Of a DNA stretch of 64,000 nt, positions 1 to 7,587 are shown one piece after another. Origin of the DNA: an uncultured virus (IMG/VR IMGVR_UViG_3300042503_001397) (Duplodnaviria > Heunggongvirae > Uroviricota > Caudoviricetes). Location: IMG/VR virus record IMGVR_UViG_3300042503_001397. One strand, written 5' to 3'. Position 1 is the stretch's first letter. Each line of letters starts with the position of its first letter. The notes below the pieces were generated by a model. That model made no database searches, was not told where the DNA came from, and was given only the letters and a program-made list of their open reading frames with translations. The position numbers and the translations under genes were made by a program.

Positions 1-24
1 TTTGTCATACTTGTCACTTTCCAT
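1..24 (-). CDS. 5' end of a gene running off the window (MESDKYDK...)
   Basis: ATG at 24-22 after an A-rich leader downstream of tRNA-Phe; open to the window edge. Confidence 0.4.
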
Positions 25-47
25 AGTATTTGTTTTTAATTGTTAAG

Positions 48-119
48 TGGAAATAAGTAGAATCGAACTACTGCTACCAGAGCTTCAATCTGGCGCTCTA
101 CCAACTGAGCTATATTTCC
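48..119 (-). tRNA. tRNA-Phe(GAA)
   Basis: GGAAATA/TATTTCC acceptor, CCAGA-TTGAAGC-TCTGG anticodon arm, TTCGATT T-loop; no encoded CCA. Confidence 0.92.
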
Positions 120-121
120 AA

Positions 122-206
122 TGGTGAGAGTAGAAGGACTCGAACCTCCGAACTCGAATGAGAACTGATTTACAGTCAGTTGCAATTGCCGCTATGCGAT
201 ACTCCC
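122..206 (-). tRNA. tRNA-Tyr(GTA)
   Basis: ACTGA-CTGTAAA-TCAGT arm, long variable arm, GGTTCGAGTCC, encoded ACCA end. Confidence 0.95.
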
Positions 207-274
207 ATTTCCAATTTTGTTATCACCATATCCTCCCGTTTCGGAGAGGCGTGTTCCGGATTGGTAACCGTTTG

Positions 275-348
275 TAGAAGATATAGGATTCGAACCTATG
301 ACCCTCGCCATGTAAAGACGATGCTCTAACCAACTGAGCTAATCTTCT
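275..348 (-). tRNA. tRNA-Val(TAC)
   Basis: AGAAGAT/ATCTTCT acceptor, TCGTC-TTTACAT-GGCGA arm, GGTTCGAATCC. Confidence 0.92.
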
Positions 349-359
349 ATTTTTCCACA

Positions 360-371
360 ATGTCAAAGAAC
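360..371 (-). promoter_or_regulatory. boxA-like antitermination site within the tRNA array
   Basis: GTTCTTTGACAT, similar to rRNA-operon boxA; near-identical copy at 2073-2084. Confidence 0.65.
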
Positions 372-378
372 CTATCTG

Positions 379-450
379 CGGGGATAAAAGGATTCGAACC
401 TATGACCTAGTCATTAACAGTGACCCGCTCTACCGCTGAGCTATATCCCC
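379..450 (-). tRNA. tRNA-Asn(GTT)
   Basis: GGGGATA/TATCCCC acceptor, GGTCA-CTGTTAA-TGACT arm, G73. Confidence 0.93.
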
Positions 451-488
451 AAAACAAAAAACCTCTAACTTTTTTATCAGTTAGAGGT
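451..488 (-). terminator. Intrinsic terminator (attenuator) directly 5' of the tRNA array
   Basis: Perfect 10-bp stem ACCTCTAACT(488-479)/AGTTAGAGGT(470-461) followed by TTTTTGTTTT. Confidence 0.85.
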
Positions 489-546
489 CTTTTTATGTTG
501 ATGAGTAAAATCTTTTTTTATCCAACATCGGTGTCATCCTCTAACT
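479..546 (-). promoter_or_regulatory. Alternative antiterminator hairpin
   Basis: AGTTAGAGG (546-538, inside leader ORF) can pair 9/9 with the terminator 5' arm; nested helix ATGTTGG(528-522)/TCAACAT(501-495). Confidence 0.75.
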
Positions 547-679
547 TTGTACTAATATAATCCACCTTGCCTAATTCTAGTTGCGCCGGGTTGCTTATCG
601 TACTAAACATACGAATCCCACACCACTCATTTCTCAATGCTGGTTGCGAATTATTTGTATGTAAGTTAAAGTTTTTCAT
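518..679 (-). CDS. Putative attenuator leader peptide, 53 aa (MKNFNLHTNNSQPALRNEWCGIRMFSTISNPAQLELGKVDYISTKLEDDTDVG)
   Basis: Translated by hand, ATG 679 to TAA 518; overlaps antiterminator strand; below the ORF-track cutoff. Confidence 0.7.
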   Translation of the reverse strand: MKNFNLHTNNSQPALRNEWCGIRMFSTISNPAQLELGKVDYISTKLEDDTDVG

Positions 680-729
680 CTTTGTTATGTTAATAAGTAT
701 GTAATAATTTATTTTTCAAATAACTTTTA

Positions 730-766
730 GAAAAAATGTAATGGGGAGACAAAGCCTCCCCTTACA
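730..766 (-). terminator. Intrinsic terminator ending the large-RNA transcript
   Basis: TGTAAGGGGAG..CTCCCCATTACA hairpin followed by TTTTTTC. Confidence 0.75.
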
Positions 767-812
767 AATGTAATAAAAATTAAGATATGAAAACAACTTT
801 TCAGTTGAATCG

Positions 813-903
813 AGCGGTCTCATAGATTTGAACTACATCCTCCGAATTGGAATATCCGGTGTGCCCAAGCTCCTAAGAACTTTTACCATAACACTCAAAC
901 CGC
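813..903 (-). tRNA. Non-canonical tRNA-Gly-like RNA, 8-nt anticodon loop, hairpin inserted in D-loop
   Basis: GCGGTTT/AGACCGC-U73, CCGGA-TATTCCAA-TTCGG, TGTAG-TTCAAAT-CTATG; D-loop contains AAGTTC-TTAG-GAGCTT. Confidence 0.7.
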
Positions 904-1118
904 TTATGTGGAGAGTTTTTTTAATTGGAAGGGAACTCTCCGAGTACTTTCGAAACCCCATAATACTATTTCGTATTGATTACTTTACTTTAAGTCTTTT
1001 ACAACTTTGGCGAAATCCAATCTAAACCACATTAATTCTCTAACTTTCCAGTTTCAATTTTAAGTCTCAAACTAACTTGCCTCACTAATGAGAACTCAAT
1101 GTTAAACAGACTACGATG

Positions 1119-1190
1119 AGCGGTGCGAAGGTTCTGCTCCCCCTCCTCTACACTGGAATGTGTAGCGTGCTACTATTACACCAATACCGC
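1119..1190 (-). tRNA. Non-canonical tRNA-Gly-like RNA, 8-nt anticodon loop, atypical T-loop
   Basis: GCGGTAT/GCACCGC-U73, CTACA-CATTCCAG-TGTAG, T-loop AGCAGAA. Confidence 0.7.
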
Positions 1191-1195
1191 TTATA

Positions 1196-2035
1196 AATGG
1201 ATGAGAATACTCCAATGGGTGATTCAGCTTTAAAAAGATTATTAGTTCCTTTCGTTTCCACTTCCTTTTGAGAAGTACCAAATCAATGTCGGTCAGTATA
1301 GCCAACCAATCTTAAAGTCATAACCTACTCTCTCCGTACTTATTTTCTTCAACCCTGCCGAGCTGATTCACACTTGCGATGTTAGAAACCTTTCGAAAGA
1401 ATCACCTCTACCTTGCGAGTAGATTGTGGCTGGGAACAACTCCCAACTATGTAGACACCTTTCAGTCATAACTGATGAACACTTTTGCTTTATGATTATT
1501 TATAGTTTTTACACCTTAGTAAATATAAAGTTTTGGTTCGTAGATGGATTCAGGTAGCGGTTCATCGTAGGCTTCGTTTCCTTTTGAAAAACGAAATACC
1601 AAACTACCCGATGCGTTATCTCAACGCCATACTTCAAGTCATCTTCAATAGTAGGGATTGGTGTCCCACACTAAAGGATAGTAACGCCACCACGCGTACA
1701 CAGTCTTAACTTACGTCCTTTCGGATAGCTTGTTTATCAAGACCACTTTGGTATTGAATCACGCAATAGTAAAAAGGGATTAGCTTTCTATGTCTTACAA
1801 TAATCCTATGAGTTATTCTTATCGTTGTTCCCAACTCAACTGAAGAATCTACTATTCCTCAGTCATCCAAACTCTTCTGCTACAGTGTTACCCTCACATA
1901 CAAAGCCCAAATGATATCTCACTTGCCTACTCAAGCTCATACCTTTCGATATGAACCGCAAAACACTTAACCAAATGTTTCACTTTATCCTACTTTCGTA
2001 GTTTATTTAACGACCATAGGCGGCCGTTTGTACAC
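1196..2035 (-). ncRNA. Large structured ncRNA (~840 nt), GOLLD-like
   Basis: No convincing ORF, raised GC, many GNRA/CAAA-capped hairpins (1990-2001, 1934-1957, 1573-1595, 1407-1423, 1260-1276), flanked by tRNAs; size and context fit GOLLD; ends approximate. Confidence 0.7.
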
Positions 2036-2072
2036 TATATAACACAAGGTTATTATGTGTAGTCATTTTAGT

Positions 2073-2084
2073 ATGTTAAAGAAC
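2073..2084 (-). promoter_or_regulatory. boxA-like site upstream of the large RNA
   Basis: GTTCTTTAACAT about 27 nt downstream of the 2111-2142 promoter. Confidence 0.7.
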
Positions 2085-2110
2085 GTTTCAGAACTTATTT
2101 CTGATTTTTA

Positions 2111-2142
2111 TAAAGATACGAAATAATTTTCATATTTCCTAA
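2111..2142 (-). promoter_or_regulatory. Bacteroidota -33/-7 promoter
   Basis: TTAGG..CGTATCTTTA, 32-nt span. Confidence 0.7.
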
Positions 2143-2220
2143 TCTTTTTTTATTTATTTTTAAAGATTCTCAATTTTGTTTTCTGGCGAACCAATCAACT
2201 ACTTTATTTTTGAATCTTAG

Positions 2221-2252
2221 TAAAGATACGATAATTATTTCAAACTACCAAA
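2221..2252 (-). promoter_or_regulatory. Bacteroidota -33/-7 promoter
   Basis: TTTGGT..CGTATCTTTA. Confidence 0.75.
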
Positions 2253-2353
2253 TCTTTTTTTAAAAATGTTATTAAGGTGTCCGGCTTTCTTCCCTACTGG
2301 GTAGGTCACACAATCGGTTTTATTAGTTGTTGGCTTCAACCCTAATAACTTTG

Positions 2354-2385
2354 TAAAGATACGAAATGTTTTTCAATATTCCTAA
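2354..2385 (-). promoter_or_regulatory. Bacteroidota -33/-7 promoter
   Basis: TTAGG..CGTATCTTTA. Confidence 0.7.
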
Positions 2386-2407
2386 TATTTTTACAAATAT
2401 TTTTTTG

Positions 2408-2479
2408 TTGCGGGGGATGGGTTCGAACCACCGGCCTCTAGGTTATGAGCCTAGCGAGCTACCACTGCTCTACCCCACG
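2408..2479 (-). tRNA. Initiator tRNA-fMet(CAT)
   Basis: C1:A72 mismatch, A11:U24, CTAGG-CTCATAA-CCTAG arm. Confidence 0.9.
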
Positions 2480-2499
2480 ATGTTTAATTGTTTACTTCG

Positions 2500-2531
2500 T
2501 AAAGATACTAATAATATTTGATATTACCAAA
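2500..2531 (-). promoter_or_regulatory. Bacteroidota -33/-7 promoter
   Basis: TTTGGT..AGTATCTTTA upstream of tRNA-fMet. Confidence 0.75.
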
Positions 2532-2549
2532 TATTTTTTATCTTTTTTA

Positions 2550-2574
2550 TAAGTCATTGAAAATCAATGAGTTA
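2550..2574. repeat. 25-bp palindrome, consensus TAACTCATTGA-N3-TCAATGAGTTA
   Basis: taagtcattgaaaatcaatgagtta; more copies at 21.3 and 23.7 kb. Confidence 0.75.
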
Positions 2575-2871
2575 CACCATACCAGTAATATATGCTATTG
2601 CTTCAGCTCTTTTAGTATTAAAAACTTCTTCTGTAGAATATTCAAATGTAGTACCTGCAACATTTGGGTCAGTAATACCATCTTCTGCTGCGGCCATACT
2701 TCTTAATACATTACCTTTAAATGTAAATAATTGCCCTTGAAATTGCAATTCAGTTAAGTGTTGTACTGCTAAATCTTTAGTTCTTTCATTTGAAGATGCA
2801 ATAGTAACTGTAAAAGTTTCATCGTTAAATTCAAAGTATTGGTTTTGTAAATGGAAATATTCCTTTGCCAT
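2572..2871 (-). CDS. Hypothetical protein
   Basis: 99-aa ORF downstream of promoter 2898-2929. Confidence 0.75.
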   Translation of the reverse strand: MAKEYFHLQNQYFEFNDETFTVTIASSNERTKDLAVQHLTELQFQGQLFTFKGNVLRSMAAAEDGITDPNVAGTTFEYSTEEVFNTKRAEAIAYITGMV

Positions 2872-2897
2872 AATTTTATTTTTTAATTGTTATAATG

Positions 2898-2929
2898 TAA
2901 ATATACGAATAATTATTCAAACTACCAAA
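2898..2929 (-). promoter_or_regulatory. Bacteroidota -33/-7 promoter
   Basis: TTTGGT..CGTATATTTA. Confidence 0.7.
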
Positions 2930-2947
2930 AATAGTTTTAAATATTTT

Positions 2948-3799
2948 TTATCTACCATGTCTATTTCGTGTCCATTGAAATAATTGGTTTATTTGATAAT
3001 CCTGTAAATAATATGGGTACATCACATATGCAGTCATCCAACCTTCATGATATCCATATGCACCTCCCCAAAGTTGAAGTGTACTCATTTGAGGTATTCC
3101 TTGATATCCATAACTACCATTTGCATATAAGCTACCATTTACAAATAATTGATGGTATCCACCATTCAATCTATGAGCTATCATATGCCAACCTCCCATA
3201 TAACCATTCCACTCACACAATACAGGCATGTAATCAGGACCATGCTCAAAACTTCTAACCCCATTTGAACCACAAGCCACACCACATCCGGAATATGAAT
3301 AATTTGAGAAATTATAAGGGTAAACGTTTGACCTATTAGGATATACTGTACCAGCATATCTTCCGTATGCAAATGATGTGTCTTGATAACAATATGTCCA
3401 AAATACTTGAGTTGCTGTATAGTTATTTCCGTAATTACATCCGCTCCAAACAGTACCAGAACAATAAAATCTACCACCTTCACTATTTTGAGCGTAGCCG
3501 GGGTTTACACCACCCCAACCGCATCTACCATATGTACCAACACTTATTATTTGACCTCCATAGTTACTTCCATTATTGTTATCAATATTAGGAGAGTCAT
3601 GCGATTCGGGATGTCCAGCATCCAATATTACTATCGCAGAACCTATATCATTCCAATAGTATTGGCCATACATTGTATTATATCCGTGATTAGATGCGCC
3701 AGTATTTCCACCAGTTACTCTATTCCATCTTCTGATTTGAAGCTGTCCACCAATATTAAAAGTTCTCCAATCACTTGCAGCATAACCAAATACAGCCAT
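2948..3799 (-). CDS. Gly/Tyr/Asn-rich LamG (ConA-like) domain protein, probably virion-associated
   Basis: ILDAGHPES motif and C-terminal WHMIA..QLFVNG..LQDYQINQLF pattern. Confidence 0.55.
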   Translation of the reverse strand: MAVFGYAASDWRTFNIGGQLQIRRWNRVTGGNTGASNHGYNTMYGQYYWNDIGSAIVILDAGHPESHDSPNIDNNNGSNYGGQIISVGTYGRCGWGGVNPGYAQNSEGGRFYCSGTVWSGCNYGNNYTATQVFWTYCYQDTSFAYGRYAGTVYPNRSNVYPYNFSNYSYSGCGVACGSNGVRSFEHGPDYMPVLCEWNGYMGGWHMIAHRLNGGYHQLFVNGSLYANGSYGYQGIPQMSTLQLWGGAYGYHEGWMTAYVMYPYYLQDYQINQLFQWTRNRHGR

Positions 3800-3810
3800 T
3801 TTATATTATT

Positions 3811-4515
3811 TTATTTTTTATTCATCATTGCTACCAATGATGTTGCTGCTTTATAAACAGGACTCTTATCATCATACTTCAATGCTGATGCTACTTTAAT
3901 ATCTCTACCAGTTTGTGGATTCTTAACCATTTTATTAGCTATATCCTTTGGTAAATTAGATGTTAATTTACTATCTTTTGGTGATAAATCTTTCATAGGT
4001 TCATCTTCTTTTTTCTTTTCTTTACCAAAAACAAAAGTCTTTCCACCTTTAAATTTAGAATATGCTTGTTCAACTTTACCAGGTTGGAACTTACCAATAT
4101 TATCTTCACTTCCGTTTTTAAATATTAAATGTGCATCACCCTTAGTATCTTCACCACCATATATTACCGCATCTTGATTATACTTCTTACATAATAATTC
4201 AATATCTCTTTTTTTCATACCAGGTACAAATAAAGATACTTCAATAGAATCTTGTAATTTACCTTCTGGACACTCTACATAGTTTAAATTAGAATCCTGG
4301 CATTCTTGCCAATGTCCTTCTACTTTAAAGAATCCATATCCCTTAGAACGTAAATCCTTTTCTAACATCTTATTAGCTTGGATATTCTCTTTCTTTGTAT
4401 TAGCGTATCTATATGCAGTCAACATACCCCAAGAAGGTACTTTCTTTTCTACTACGTGTTGATAAGCTCTAGCTAAAGAGGCTTCATCTAATTTGTAAGG
4501 TTTTTGTCTTTCCAT
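3811..4515 (-). CDS. Phage protein, DUF3293-like
   Basis: SLARAYQH, MLTAYR, VEGHWQE, EVSLFV, KYNQDAVIYG motifs. Confidence 0.55.
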   Translation of the reverse strand: MERQKPYKLDEASLARAYQHVVEKKVPSWGMLTAYRYANTKKENIQANKMLEKDLRSKGYGFFKVEGHWQECQDSNLNYVECPEGKLQDSIEVSLFVPGMKKRDIELLCKKYNQDAVIYGGEDTKGDAHLIFKNGSEDNIGKFQPGKVEQAYSKFKGGKTFVFGKEKKKEDEPMKDLSPKDSKLTSNLPKDIANKMVKNPQTGRDIKVASALKYDDKSPVYKAATSLVAMMNKK

Positions 4516-4730
4516 TGGTTATATATTTCATTAGATAAATATAGAGTATCGTGAAAACTGATATCTTGTTGTATCTCCTTTAACTCCTTCTCTATCTTAT
4601 CCAATCTAGTTTGTCTACCCCACTTACCCATATTTCCAGAAGGTTTGAATTCTTCCTTCCAATAAGTTAGTTCCTTTTGTAACTCCTGCTCTCTAATTTT
4701 TAATTTAAGTACCTTTTCGTTAATGTCCAC
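4488..4730 (-). CDS. Hypothetical coiled-coil protein
   Basis: 80-aa ORF downstream of promoter 4756-4787. Confidence 0.7.
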   Translation of the reverse strand: MDINEKVLKLKIREQELQKELTYWKEEFKPSGNMGKWGRQTRLDKIEKELKEIQQDISFHDTLYLSNEIYNQWKDKNLTN

Positions 4731-4755
4731 AATTCCCTCCTTTGTTTTAGTTATA

Positions 4756-4787
4756 CAAATATACGAAATTTATCCCACATTACCAAA
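4756..4787 (-). promoter_or_regulatory. Bacteroidota -33/-7 promoter
   Basis: TTTGGT..CGTATATTTG. Confidence 0.75.
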
Positions 4788-5015
4788 TCTATTTAAACGT
4801 TTCGTAAGCCAGATATATACTCCAAAGAATAAACCCGCTATACAATACAAAACGAAGTTCGCTTTCCATAAACTTCCTGTCAGTAATATTAGGGAATATT
4901 GTACGGCATCGAACCCAAATGGATTGAAGAATAGTGCCAGCATTAATGCCATATCTTTGTATAACATTATTCTGTTTTCCTTGCTTTTCAGCTTGTTGAT
5001 TGTTTTTACTATCAC
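4770..5015 (-). CDS. Small membrane protein
   Basis: Hydrophobic segments around FFNPFGFD. Confidence 0.6.
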   Translation of the reverse strand: MIVKTINKLKSKENRIMLYKDMALMLALFFNPFGFDAVQYSLILLTGSLWKANFVLYCIAGLFFGVYIWLTKRLNRFGNVG

Positions 5016-5052
5016 CCTCGTCCATGTATAATTTATTTAGTGAACGTTGTAA

Positions 5053-5370
5053 CTATTTTGATTTTATAATTAATTCACCCAATACTTCTAATCTACCAAC
5101 TTCGGTTTGAAAAGTAGTTTGGTCCATATCTAATGATATTTTACTCAATGTTTCTGCGAACTCTTTTTTAGCAACATCAATATCCATCTCACCATCTTTT
5201 GCCTTTTTGTAATAAGGTAATTTTACAACAAAGTGATGGTATGTTAATAAAGCATCACCACCTTTCTCTTTTGCATTTTGAGTTATCTTAGCAGCTCCAT
5301 TCATTCTGTTATTTACAAAATCAATATCTTCTACTACTTCTTCTTTTAATATGTTTTTTAATCGTATCAT
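5053..5370 (-). CDS. Hypothetical protein, possible internal head protein
   Basis: N-terminal MIRLKNILKEE. Confidence 0.7.
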   Translation of the reverse strand: MIRLKNILKEEVVEDIDFVNNRMNGAAKITQNAKEKGGDALLTYHHFVVKLPYYKKAKDGEMDIDVAKKEFAETLSKISLDMDQTTFQTEVGRLEVLGELIIKSK

Positions 5371-5394
5371 GTATATAAATATTATTTATTTTAA

Positions 5395-6048
5395 TTAAGG
5401 GGTATAATCCCAATTTGTATCAGATGGTCTCCATTTACTATAATCTTCAGACCTCCAAACTTTTGTAGAATAGCGGAAATATGGTATCTTTGTTATATCG
5501 TTTGTTCTACTTGGTTGATACCATCGGGTTCTATTGTTCGGTTGTGCACAAAGTTGTCCGTTACTTAATTTAGATATATTATATGATTTGTGCTCGTTTG
5601 GGGTTTCACTCCACCCACAATCTATTTCATTTGGGTCTGAATGTGCAGTATCAATTGTAAAAAGATACTCACCATCGATAATGGTATGGTCTTTAAGAGT
5701 TGTGAAAGTTTTAGTTCCCCTTAATATTCGTTTTTCTATTACTGATATATTGTATGAAATACAATCCCACAATTGTAGAAAATCCAATGGATATATTTTA
5801 TCATCGGTTTTTAATTCTCTCCAGCGAAATGCATGTAGTGGTAATTTATCATATACTGCGCCAAATGAATCAATATATGTTTCAAAAAGTAATGCTCTAT
5901 TTGGAATTGATTTAACACTTACCCAATGTCCCGTTTCCCATTCCCCATCCCCTAAATAATTACCCTTTTCATCTTTTTGAAAATCGTATAAAAATTTCTT
6001 ATCTATTAGTACTTGAATTGGTGGAATGTTTGCAATTAAATAGCTCAT
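5395..6048 (-). CDS. Conserved hypothetical phage protein
   Basis: MSYLIANIPP, LQLWDC, YLFTID, AQPNNR motifs typical of a phage family of unknown function. Confidence 0.75.
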   Translation of the reverse strand: MSYLIANIPPIQVLIDKKFLYDFQKDEKGNYLGDGEWETGHWVSVKSIPNRALLFETYIDSFGAVYDKLPLHAFRWRELKTDDKIYPLDFLQLWDCISYNISVIEKRILRGTKTFTTLKDHTIIDGEYLFTIDTAHSDPNEIDCGWSETPNEHKSYNISKLSNGQLCAQPNNRTRWYQPSRTNDITKIPYFRYSTKVWRSEDYSKWRPSDTNWDYTP

Positions 6049-6084
6049 GTTGGTAGAATTTGTTAGTAACCTTACACATAAGTA

Positions 6085-6453
6085 TTACTTTATATCGGCT
6101 TTCTTAGGTCTACCTCTTTTTTTCTTTGGTGGTTCGTTTTGCAGCTTTACAATCTCTGCACATTTTTCGTATTCCTCAACTTCAATACAGTGCTCCAATA
6201 ACTTTTCTAAGGTTTCTTTAATATCTTCTTTTGATATAATGAAATCCACATTCATTGGCAAATCATTAATACTTTGTGGCCTTCTTACCTTTTGAGGTCC
6301 TGCTATTATTCGTAGTACAATTCTATCTTCTTCTTTGGATGCCATAAATTCAGATACATTCTCATAGATTGCATCCATTATAGTATTCTTATTTTCTTCA
6401 GCCCACTGCTGAATAGGTACTCTTTGTTCAATATGTATTTCTTTAGGCTTCAT
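6085..6453 (-). CDS. UVR-motif protein with C-terminal AT-hook
   Basis: EEYEKCAEIVKL followed by KKRGRPKK. Confidence 0.6.
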   Translation of the reverse strand: MKPKEIHIEQRVPIQQWAEENKNTIMDAIYENVSEFMASKEEDRIVLRIIAGPQKVRRPQSINDLPMNVDFIISKEDIKETLEKLLEHCIEVEEYEKCAEIVKLQNEPPKKKRGRPKKADIK

Positions 6454-7081
6454 CTATCTTTGGGAATAAAATGTTTTCCATAAAGTACTTAGCTTCCTTT
6501 TCACCTATCAGAGCTTTTAGTGCTGAATAAGTTCGAGGGTTGGATGCTTGTACCTGACAATAAGTATTTTGTTTCTCTATTACACCTTCAATATTTTCCG
6601 TTTTCTTTTCTAACCAAAGTAGTGAATTAAGATACCAATCGTATTTGTCCACCACCCAATCACAAAAACGGATAAATTCCTCATCCGATTCGGGTTTAAT
6701 CATTATAAACCTGTCAGAGAACACAGTAGCCCACTCAGGAATCTGCTTTCTCCCTCCAATATCCATTCCTTCATCAAAAGGATATGTGGCTAGGATGGGG
6801 CTTAAATCCATATATGCACCTGTCACAATTTTACCTGTACATATTACATCAAAACCAAATATTGGTTCAGGAGACCACTTATGTGGGAATGTAGTGAAGT
6901 GTAATACCTCAATCTTACCATCAGCATATCTTTCAACGTGCGCTAAACGAAAATGTTTAGATTCGTATCTGTGGTTTTCCCATCCGTAATCATCAGTATG
7001 TAGTGGTTGACAATTAGGCGCCTTCTCCACCATCAACTTCAACTTCGTTGCTAGCTGATTCAGATACTCTTTGTAATTCAT
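6443..7081 (-). CDS. Ferredoxin-dependent bilin reductase (PcyA/PcyX-like)
   Basis: FRLAHVE, LH..FP, PIFGFDV, DLSP, IPEWATVFS, QNTYC..Q..NPRT. Confidence 0.85.
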   Translation of the reverse strand: MNYKEYLNQLATKLKLMVEKAPNCQPLHTDDYGWENHRYESKHFRLAHVERYADGKIEVLHFTTFPHKWSPEPIFGFDVICTGKIVTGAYMDLSPILATYPFDEGMDIGGRKQIPEWATVFSDRFIMIKPESDEEFIRFCDWVVDKYDWYLNSLLWLEKKTENIEGVIEKQNTYCQVQASNPRTYSALKALIGEKEAKYFMENILFPKIDEA

Positions 7082-7577
7082 CTAATATGCTTATGTTGTA
7101 ATCTAATGCTTTGTTTGCTTCATCTGCCCACTCATCTTTTTGGATAGCTCTAATACTTCCAGCTATCTCCCTCATATCACCATCGAACTCATACATCTTA
7201 CCACTACCAGGTGTTTTTGATTTCATCATCTGCCCACCAAACATAATTGCTAAGTAGTTTAAATACACATGCGGAAGTTGTTCTTCTTTAGTTAGGGTAT
7301 TAAGATATTTTCGGTATTCGTTTGTAGCTTCCAATGGAGTAATTTGAATTTGTCCCTCACCCATCAACTCTTTAATATCTTCGAATACTTTACCAGCTCT
7401 ATCTAATGCTGGATGTGGTAGTTCGTTTACTTCAATTGCATCAAATATTGCCAATTGCTGACATAGATACAAAATGTATTCTTCGTTGGATAATTCTCCG
7501 TTGAACATTCTTTGATTGAATGTCATCTTCTCTGCCAAAGAGTGCTTCTCAGCTATGGCATCTTTTAATGGTAACAT
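7014..7577 (-). CDS. Heme oxygenase
   Basis: LK..IAEKHSLAE proximal His, HVYLNYLAIMFGGQ distal helix. Confidence 0.88.
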   Translation of the reverse strand: MLPLKDAIAEKHSLAEKMTFNQRMFNGELSNEEYILYLCQQLAIFDAIEVNELPHPALDRAGKVFEDIKELMGEGQIQITPLEATNEYRKYLNTLTKEEQLPHVYLNYLAIMFGGQMMKSKTPGSGKMYEFDGDMREIAGSIRAIQKDEWADEANKALDYNISILDELQRVSESASNEVEVDGGEGA

Positions 7578-7587
7578 ATTTTATTAT

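Noticed and set aside
813..1190. Trp(CCA) or suppressor tRNAs implying a recoded genome
   Set aside because: Acceptor identity is Gly; TAA, TAG and TGA all end genes normally, so code 11 fits
828..1305. ORF-track entries 828..1025(+) and 1111..1305(-)
   Set aside because: Overlap tRNA-like and structured RNA sequence; no protein features
1196..2035. rRNA fragment, tmRNA, RNase P RNA or group I/II intron
   Set aside because: I found none of their hallmark motifs and no interrupted host gene
2948..3799. Diversity-generating retroelement target
   Set aside because: No template repeat or reverse transcriptase seen in the window
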